This document shows, piece by piece, positions 57,218 to 64,000 of a DNA stretch of 64,000 bases; within the stretch, counting starts at the first letter, position 1, and every line of letters starts with the position of its first letter. The notes below the pieces were generated by a model that worked only from the letters and a program-made list of their open reading frames with translations, did not search any database and was not told the DNA's origin. Source of the stretch: Nitrospirota bacterium (GTDB lineage: Bacteria > Nitrospirota > Thermodesulfovibrionia > Thermodesulfovibrionales > JdFR-88). A program made the translations under genes and the position numbers. The stretch is from assembly GCA_021789555.1 (NCBI GenBank), contig JAJYJK010000004.1, positions 47,064 to 111,063 of the forward strand, in the 5' to 3' direction.

Positions 57218-58504
57218 GTGTTTACTTACATCGTGAGGGCGCTCTCCGGGCTGAGGCTGGACTTCGCGGTCCTCCGGTCGCTAAAAAACCGCAACTACCG
57301 GCTCTTCTTCGTCGGCCAGGGCGTCTCGCTCATCGGCACATGGATGCAGCAGATAGCCATGAGCTGGCTTGTCTATCGCCTGACGGGGTCGGCGCTGCTT
57401 CTGGGGGTGGTGGGGTTTTCCGGCCGGATACCCTCTTTCCTGCTGGCCCCCGTGGCGGGCGTGCTGGCAGACAGGTGGAACAGGCGCCGCCTGCTGGTGG
57501 TCACGCAGTCGCTTGCCATGCTGCAGGCCTTTTGCCTCTCGGCGCTCATCCTGACGAAGACCATCACGATATGGCAGCTCATAATGTTTAGCGTCATCCT
57601 CGGGTGCGTAAACTCCTTCGACATCCCAACGAGGCAGGCCTTTGTCGTGGAGATGCTCGAGAAAAAAGGGGACCTTGGAAACGCCATAGCCCTGAATTCC
57701 TCGCTCGTAAACGGGGCGAGGCTCATCGGCCCCGCTATCGCCGGGATCCTCATAGCGGCCGTCGGCGAGGGGATTTGCTTTCTTCTAAACGGGATAAGCT
57801 ACATAGCGGTCATCGCGGCCCTGCTCATGATGGGGATAAGAAAACCCGCGGCGCAGGCGCAGGCAAAAAAAGGCTTCATGCACGAACTCCGCGAAGGCTT
57901 TTCCTACGCCTTCGGATTTTCGCCCATAAGACATATCCTTTTGCTGCTTGCCCTGATGAGCTTCATGGGCATGCCCTACCAGGTGCTGATGCCCATCTTC
58001 GCCGGCGGCATCCTCAAGGGCGGCCCGCACACCCTGGGTTTTCTCATGGGCGCATCGGGCCTCGGCGCCCTGGGGGGCGCGGTATTTCTTGCCTCGAGGA
58101 AAAGCTCCCCGCGCCTGGGCATGACAACGCCGCTTGCGGCGGCCGTCTTCGGCGCCGGGCTCATGGCCTTTTCCCGGTCCCGCCTGCTCTGGCTGTCGCT
58201 GCCGGTGATCTCCGTCGCCGGGTTCGGCATGATGGTGCAGATGGCCTCAAGCAACATGATACTGCAGAGCATCGTGGACGACCGCAGGAGGGGCCGGGTG
58301 ATGAGCTTGTTTACGATGGCCTTCATGGGCATGGTCCCCTTCGGCAGCCTGCTGGCCGGCTGGCTTGCAAGCCGGATAGGCGCACCCTCCACCCTCTTTG
58401 CAAGCGGGTTTTGCTGTGTCGCGGGCGCGCTGCTGTTTTCAACCCGGCTGCCCGCGCTTAAAAAAGAGCTTGCGCCCGTTTACGAGCAGAAGGGGATAGC
58501 GTGA
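57218..58504 (+). CDS. MFS transporter (EntS/MFS_3-like)
   Basis: RNYRLFF.GQ.VS..GTWMQ, GVLADRW.RRR, about 12 TM helices, RGRVMS. Confidence 0.9.
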   Translation: MFTYIVRALSGLRLDFAVLRSLKNRNYRLFFVGQGVSLIGTWMQQIAMSWLVYRLTGSALLLGVVGFSGRIPSFLLAPVAGVLADRWNRRRLLVVTQSLAMLQAFCLSALILTKTITIWQLIMFSVILGCVNSFDIPTRQAFVVEMLEKKGDLGNAIALNSSLVNGARLIGPAIAGILIAAVGEGICFLLNGISYIAVIAALLMMGIRKPAAQAQAKKGFMHELREGFSYAFGFSPIRHILLLLALMSFMGMPYQVLMPIFAGGILKGGPHTLGFLMGASGLGALGGAVFLASRKSSPRLGMTTPLAAAVFGAGLMAFSRSRLLWLSLPVISVAGFGMMVQMASSNMILQSIVDDRRRGRVMSLFTMAFMGMVPFGSLLAGWLASRIGAPSTLFASGFCCVAGALLFSTRLPALKKELAPVYEQKGIA

Positions 58505-58507
58505 TCT

Positions 58508-60151
58508 TTACTTGGCCCGCCCGGCGTCTTGTTTTTTCAGTTCTTCTTCCGCCATGCCCAGGTTGCGGCCCGCCTGGGCGTATCCGGGGTATATCCGGAG
58601 CGCGGTCTGGAATTCACCGATCGCCTCCCGGTAACGGCCCATCTTCCCGTACACCGCGCCCAGGTTGTTATGCGCCACCGCACTGTCGGGTTTCAGGTCC
58701 ACCGCGATTGTGAGCTCCCGCACCGCGTCATTCAGCCGTCCAAGCTGCGTAAACGCCATGCCCAGGTCATCATGCGCCTCTGAATAATAGGGGTTGATGC
58801 TTATGGCGGTCTCGAACTCCCCTATCGCGCGCGGCAACTTCCCGATCTTCAGGTAGGCCGTGCCGAGGTTATTATAGGCGTCCACGTTTCCGGGGTCCGC
58901 CCGGACCATGCTCTGGTAGAGGTCAAGATTGTCCCACCAGACAAAATTCCTCTCGAAGGTCCTCACCTCGAAGGAAACGGCTATAAGTATTATGAGGGCG
59001 ACCCCGGCCGGCGGGACCTTCCTGTATGCCTGCCGGAGCGCGTAGCCGGCCATGAGGGCAAATCCCGCCGCCGGAAGATAATAGAACCTCTCGGCCACCG
59101 GGGCGCTCGGTATCGGGATGATGTCCGACACCGGCAGGACCATCCACAAAAACCAGAGGGCCCCCGCCCGCAGCGGAGCGGGTGTCTTTTTCCTCACCGC
59201 AAGGAAGATGAGCATGGCCAGCCATAAAACCGAGAGCAGGGATTTCAGCCAGCTAAAGGGCGCCATCGACTGGTTTGTATAGAGGGCGTTGAGATTGAAA
59301 GGAAAGACCATGAGCCTCGCGCCCTCAAAAACCACATTCGAAATGAATACAAGCCTGCCTGCCGAAAACCGGATGCCCTCCCCCGAGGCGTACATGCCGA
59401 GCGCCGCCCGTCTCAAGACCATATACCCCGCAGCCGCCGCGAAAAAAGCCGGCAGTGTCATCCACCATTTTTTTACAGGCCGCCATTTTTGGGCCCCCGC
59501 AAAATTTTCACCGGGCAGCAGGAGCGCCAGGCAGAGGAGGAAAAAGGGCAGCGCCACCGTCTGCTCCTTGCTCAAGAGGGAAAGAAAAAACAACCCCGCC
59601 GCGGCAAGGACAAAGACCCGCTTGGGGCCTCCTTTTTTGAGGACAAGCAGAGACCCGAAGACAAACGCCGCGTTTAACAGCGTGTTTCTCGCGGAGATAA
59701 AATCGACCGCCTCCGCGTTTACCGGGTAGAGCGCAAAGAGCAGGGCCGATATGAAGGCAAGCGCGCCGTCCCCGAAAACCTCCGCCACAAGCAGGTAGAA
59801 GACAAGGACGCAGACGGCGTGCAGGAGCAGGTTTTCAAGATGATACCAGAACGGGTTTTGCCCCCAGAGATGATAGTCCATCATGAAGGTAAGAATGCTC
59901 AGCGGCCTGTAATACGGGGTCTTGACGGCCTGGGCATTGTCGGCCGTTTTAAGGATGGCGAGCGCGTTGCCCGGGTCGCTGAAGAACTGGCCCTTCTCCA
60001 CTATCAGGTAATGGTCGTCCCATACGAAACCGGCGGACAGGCTGTTCCAGTACGCCGCGACAACGGCGAGGAGCAGCAAAAGGACGGCGAGCCTCCGGTT
60101 TAAGGCCAGGCCAAACAGCCGCACATCCCCATTGCCGCTTTTATTTTCCAT
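58508..60151 (-). CDS. TMTC-like polytopic membrane glycosyltransferase (GT-C) with C-terminal TPRs, copy A
   Basis: FVWDD, YYRPL, YHLENLLLH, LFALYPVNAEAV..ISAR, LLSKE, AERFYY, RNFVW, then NNLG-type TPRs. Confidence 0.75.
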   Translation of the reverse strand: MENKSGNGDVRLFGLALNRRLAVLLLLLAVVAAYWNSLSAGFVWDDHYLIVEKGQFFSDPGNALAILKTADNAQAVKTPYYRPLSILTFMMDYHLWGQNPFWYHLENLLLHAVCVLVFYLLVAEVFGDGALAFISALLFALYPVNAEAVDFISARNTLLNAAFVFGSLLVLKKGGPKRVFVLAAAGLFFLSLLSKEQTVALPFFLLCLALLLPGENFAGAQKWRPVKKWWMTLPAFFAAAAGYMVLRRAALGMYASGEGIRFSAGRLVFISNVVFEGARLMVFPFNLNALYTNQSMAPFSWLKSLLSVLWLAMLIFLAVRKKTPAPLRAGALWFLWMVLPVSDIIPIPSAPVAERFYYLPAAGFALMAGYALRQAYRKVPPAGVALIILIAVSFEVRTFERNFVWWDNLDLYQSMVRADPGNVDAYNNLGTAYLKIGKLPRAIGEFETAISINPYYSEAHDDLGMAFTQLGRLNDAVRELTIAVDLKPDSAVAHNNLGAVYGKMGRYREAIGEFQTALRIYPGYAQAGRNLGMAEEELKKQDAGRAK

Positions 60152-61964
60152 GGTCCGTTTCTTTCGGGATATTTTCGGGGTTTGAGATCAGGGCCAGATA
60201 TCTGGCGGCTGTCTGATTGGCGGGGTCGAGGCGAAGGACGCCCAGGAACTCCTCTCTCGCCTCCTCAAGATTGCCCAGCCTCGCGCTGATTACTCCTGCA
60301 TTGATGCGCGCCTCAATGAAACCGGGGTCCAGCCGGAAGGCCATTTTAAATTCGTGGAGCGCCCCTTGCGGATTTCCGGAAGCCGCATAGGCCTGGCCAA
60401 GCCAGGCGTGAACGTCCGGACTGTCCGGCGTCAGCTTTCCGGATGTCTCAAGCTCCCGCACCGCATCCCGCAGACGGCCTTCATGCAGATATATTATCCC
60501 GAGGTTTTCGTGGGCATCGGCATATCCGGGGCTGATGCCGATGGCCATTTGGATCTCCCTCATGGCGTCTTCCATACGCCCCAGTTTCCGGTAGACGACG
60601 CCCAGGTTAAAATGGGCCCTGGCAAAACCAGGCTGCAGGACAACCGCTGCCTGAAAGGCCTTCGCCGCGTCATCGAGGCTGCCTTGTTTTTCCAGGACAT
60701 AGCCGAGATTATTATAAGCGATCTGGTTTTTCGGGTCCGAGCGGAGCACGCTTTGATAGAGGCCCAAATCGCTCCTCCAGACCCGGTTTCTCTCGAATGT
60801 CCTTACACCCAGGACAAGGACAAGCGCCATGGCCGCGACCACTCCGGAGCCGGCCCGCTTTTTATTCAAAACCGCCAAAAGATAGCCGAGGACAGCGACA
60901 AAACCGAAAAGAAACGTGTATTGATACCTTTCAGCCACCGGGGTGCTGGGTATCCTGACAATGTTCGATACGGGCAGTAGCCCCCACAAAATCCACTGCG
61001 CTCCGGCGCGCACCGGCTCCGGGGTCCTTTTAACAACGGCCAGCAAGACAAGAGACAAAACGCCCAGGATTGAAAATAAGGCCTTTGGCGCGGTAAAAGG
61101 CAGGGTCCCCGTCAAATATATGGCGTTAAGCTTGAAGGGGTACAGCATGAGCCGGAATTCTTCAAAAAGGGAAGACGAAACAAGCTTCAGATTATCGATT
61201 GAAAAGACAATGCCCTGTCTCGAGGTGAAAGCGCCGATTACCATATATCTCAAGACAAAATACAGGGCCGTCGTCATGAAAAAAACGGCAAGCGCGGCTT
61301 TCCCCGTTTCATGCGTCTTTTCCCTTGTGGTCAGAGTGTAGGAGAGGAGGAAAAAGGGCAGGACTATGGCGGGCTCCTTGCTCATAAGGGCGAGAAAGTA
61401 AGATATAACGGACATGCCAGTCCATTTAAACCCTCTTTCCCTCAGGAATAAAAGTGAGGAGATCAAAAACAACGCGCATAAAAGGCTGTTTCTGGCCGAG
61501 ATGAAATCGACCGCCTCCGCGTTTACGGGGTATACGGCAAACAGCAAGGCCGCGAAAAAGGCAAGCGCGCCGTCCTTGAATTCCGCGAGCAAAAGCAGAT
61601 AGAAAAGCGAGACGACGCACGCGTGCAGGAGCACAGCTTCCAGGTGGTATCCGAAAGGTCTCGGTCCCCACAAATAGTGGTCGAGCAAGTATGACATCGC
61701 ACCTAAAGGCCGGTAATAGGGGTTTGAATTGCCGATTTCGGCCCCGGTGTTATCGGGCGAGGTCAAAATGGAGGGGATGTTCCTCAAATCGGAGAAAAAC
61801 CCCTGCCTGGAAACTACAAGGTAATGGTCATCAAAGACGAAACCGGAGTGGAGACTGTTGCCGTACGTGGCGGCCACCACAATGGCCAATAGCGCTATGG
61901 AAAGCCTCTTGTTTGCAAACAGGCCCCTGGCTCCCGGGGCCTTGCCCGGAGACTCTATAGACAT
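60141..61964 (-). CDS. TMTC-like GT-C/TPR protein, copy B
   Basis: FVFDD, YYRPL, YHLEAVLLH, YPVNAEAV, LMSKE, AERYQY, RNRVW, multiple TPRs. Confidence 0.75.
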   Translation of the reverse strand: MSIESPGKAPGARGLFANKRLSIALLAIVVAATYGNSLHSGFVFDDHYLVVSRQGFFSDLRNIPSILTSPDNTGAEIGNSNPYYRPLGAMSYLLDHYLWGPRPFGYHLEAVLLHACVVSLFYLLLLAEFKDGALAFFAALLFAVYPVNAEAVDFISARNSLLCALFLISSLLFLRERGFKWTGMSVISYFLALMSKEPAIVLPFFLLSYTLTTREKTHETGKAALAVFFMTTALYFVLRYMVIGAFTSRQGIVFSIDNLKLVSSSLFEEFRLMLYPFKLNAIYLTGTLPFTAPKALFSILGVLSLVLLAVVKRTPEPVRAGAQWILWGLLPVSNIVRIPSTPVAERYQYTFLFGFVAVLGYLLAVLNKKRAGSGVVAAMALVLVLGVRTFERNRVWRSDLGLYQSVLRSDPKNQIAYNNLGYVLEKQGSLDDAAKAFQAAVVLQPGFARAHFNLGVVYRKLGRMEDAMREIQMAIGISPGYADAHENLGIIYLHEGRLRDAVRELETSGKLTPDSPDVHAWLGQAYAASGNPQGALHEFKMAFRLDPGFIEARINAGVISARLGNLEEAREEFLGVLRLDPANQTAARYLALISNPENIPKETDHGK

Positions 61965-61988
61965 GGCGCTCCCAAAAAAATATATCCC

Positions 61989-63779
61989 CTAATTGCCCCC
62001 GGGGGTGGGACTTCCGCCCGCCGGTTTTACCAGCGGCAGGTCCCTGGCCGCAATGGCGTTTCCGGGGTCGATGGACAAAACGGTCTCGAACTCCCGCCTG
62101 GCGTCCGCGTAGCGGCCCTGCCTGAAGTAGATCACCCCCAGGTCGTTATGGGCAGTGACGTTGCCGGGGTCCAGGGCGAGGACTTTTACAAATTCCCGCG
62201 ATGCCTCTTCAGTGAGGCCCTGCCGCAAACGGGTTATCGCCAGGTTCAGGTGCGCGTCGGACCTCTGCGGGTTTAATTCCACCGCCCCGCGGAATTCGCG
62301 GGCGGCGTCCTCAAGCCTGTCCAGCCCGGCCAGCGCCACCCCCAGGTGTATGCGGGCCGTGTAGAAATCCGAATCGAACGAGACGGCGGCCCGGAACTCC
62401 CGCACCGCCCCTTCGAGGTCGCCCGTCTTCATATATGCAAGCCCAAGGCCGTCGCTGGCCTCCGGATAATCGGGCTGACGCGCGAGGGCCGCCTGGAACT
62501 GCCCGGCCGACTCGTCAAACCTGCCTGCGTCATATAAAGAGCGCGCCAGGTAGTAATGCGCGGTGGGGTTTCCGGGGTCCGACCGGACCATGCTCCGATA
62601 GATGCTGAGATTACCGCGCCAGTCAAAATTCCTCTGGAATGTCCTAGCCCCCAGGATGATGACAAGCAGGGCCAGCAACAACATCGCAGGCAGCGCCCTT
62701 CTCCTGTACAGCGCGGCAATTGCGTAGCCAAGGATGAGGACAAACCCAAACAGTATCGTGTACTGATATCTTTCCGCCACCGGGGCGCTCGGTATCATGA
62801 CTATGTTGGAGACGGGCAGCAGCCCCCACACTATCCACTGGGCCCCGGCGCGCACCGGTCCGCTCGTCCCCCGTCCGATAGAAAGATAAAGAAGCGCCGC
62901 GAGGCCGGAGACGGCAATCACCGCCCTCAAGGGAGTGAAGAACACATCGAGCATCGAATAATAGGCGTTCAGGCTGAACGGCCAGAGCATCATGTGGAAA
63001 TTCTCGAAGAGGACCGCCGACATGAATTTCAGCCTCTCGACCGAAAACTCAAGGCTCTGGTTGGACGCAAAAACGCCGAGTACCGCCTGCCGGATAAGAA
63101 AATAAACGGCGGTTATCACGAAAAAACCGGCGAACGTCTTCCACCCTACCCTGAATCTTTTTTCATCCCTTGCGAAAAGGGTGAAGGTCAGGAGAAAAAA
63201 CGGCTCCACCACGGCCGGCTCCTTGCTGAGGAGGGCCAGGAAATATGCGGCAAATGAAAGCGCGGTCCATTTCGCCCCCTTCCTTGAAAGCGCAAGCAGC
63301 GAGGCCATAAGAAACAGGGCGCAAAGGAGGGTGTTTCTTGCCGAGATGAAATTCACGGCCTCCGCGCAGACCGGATAGACCGCAAACAGCAGGGCGGAAA
63401 AAAAGGCCATCAGTTCGTCCTCGAAGACGCGGGCCACAAGAAGGTAAAAAAACACTACCACGAGCGCGTGCAGCAGGACGTCTTCCAGGTGGTACCATAG
63501 GGGGTTTAGGCCCCAGAGGTAATGGTCCAGCATGTAGGTAAGCGTGTTTAACGGGCGGTAGTAAGGGGTCGCCTCATTATTGGTGGTGTCCCGCTGGGCA
63601 AACGCCGAAAACGTGTTTTCCGGATGGCTGAAAAAAGCGCTCTTGTTTATTACCGTGTCCCGGTCATCGAGGACAAAGCCGGAAATCAGGCTGTTGGAAT
63701 AGACGATGCCGACGGCAATCAGCAGGGCCGCGATGGCGATCTTTTTGTTCAGTATGGCGCTTTTTATCCAATCGATCAT
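61989..63779 (-). CDS. TMTC-like GT-C/TPR protein, copy C
   Basis: FVLDD, YYRPL, YHLEDVLLH, YPVCAEAV, LLSKE, AERYQY, RNFDW, multiple TPRs. Confidence 0.75.
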   Translation of the reverse strand: MIDWIKSAILNKKIAIAALLIAVGIVYSNSLISGFVLDDRDTVINKSAFFSHPENTFSAFAQRDTTNNEATPYYRPLNTLTYMLDHYLWGLNPLWYHLEDVLLHALVVVFFYLLVARVFEDELMAFFSALLFAVYPVCAEAVNFISARNTLLCALFLMASLLALSRKGAKWTALSFAAYFLALLSKEPAVVEPFFLLTFTLFARDEKRFRVGWKTFAGFFVITAVYFLIRQAVLGVFASNQSLEFSVERLKFMSAVLFENFHMMLWPFSLNAYYSMLDVFFTPLRAVIAVSGLAALLYLSIGRGTSGPVRAGAQWIVWGLLPVSNIVMIPSAPVAERYQYTILFGFVLILGYAIAALYRRRALPAMLLLALLVIILGARTFQRNFDWRGNLSIYRSMVRSDPGNPTAHYYLARSLYDAGRFDESAGQFQAALARQPDYPEASDGLGLAYMKTGDLEGAVREFRAAVSFDSDFYTARIHLGVALAGLDRLEDAAREFRGAVELNPQRSDAHLNLAITRLRQGLTEEASREFVKVLALDPGNVTAHNDLGVIYFRQGRYADARREFETVLSIDPGNAIAARDLPLVKPAGGSPTPGGN

Positions 63780-63799
63780 ATTGATCCTGCCGTTTGGTC

Positions 63800-64000
63800 C
63801 TACCGGCCTTGCAGCATCTGTTCGGCCCGCTCCAGGTTCCTCATCGCAAGCCCAAACCCTGGCCCGGCGGCCAGGACGGCCTTTTGAAACTCCTTCACCG
63901 CGTCTTTGATGTCCCCCTCGGTCTCATAGGCCAGCCCGAGGTTATTGAGCGCCACGGCGTTGCCGGGATTCAGATTGACCGCTGTCTGAAACTCCGCCAT
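63800..64000 (-). CDS. C-terminal TPR end of an upstream gene, probably a fourth array member (5' part outside window)
   Basis: EFQTAV.LNP..A.A.NNLG.AY...EFQ.A...PG...A.RNL..AE resembles the C-terminus of copy A. Confidence 0.65.
   Translation of the reverse strand: MAEFQTAVNLNPGNAVALNNLGLAYETEGDIKDAVKEFQKAVLAAGPGFGLAMRNLERAEQMLQGR

Overview
GC-rich, gene-dense bacterial chromosome segment. Gene content and order suggest an anaerobic Nitrospirota (Thermodesulfovibrionia-like) or Desulfobacterota-like organism; this is an inference. Most of the window is housekeeping: a partial Wood-Ljungdahl methyltransferase acsE, an EF-G paralogue, ileS-lspA, ilvD-ilvB-ilvN, a hybrid haem operon (hflX-ahbD-like-hemE-hemH-hemY), rpsB-tsf-pyrH-frr, aroQ-pepP-efp-accB-accC-thiE, yicC-DUF370-gmk-rpoZ-coaBC and a thrC-like/MoaD/NIL/thrC/apgM/lysC/SDR/bioD cluster. 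The accessory content is more interesting: (i) two tandem hexahaem cytochromes that closely resemble the Geobacter OmcS nanowire subunit, plus a separate decahaem cytochrome/beta-barrel porin pair; (ii) a tandem array of at least three (probably four or more) membrane proteins with TMTC-type O-glycosyltransferase motifs and TPR tails; (iii) an AT-rich island with a DUF559 nuclease enclosed by inverted BoxC-like repeats and a HEPN (RX4H) protein; (iv) several dispersed intergenic repeat families; (v) unusual translation initiation, including many apparently leaderless genes, probable non-AUG starts for hflX and hemH, and a coupled uORF before a ClC transporter. No rRNA, tRNA or CRISPR array was seen. 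All family calls come from motif recognition by eye, not database searches.
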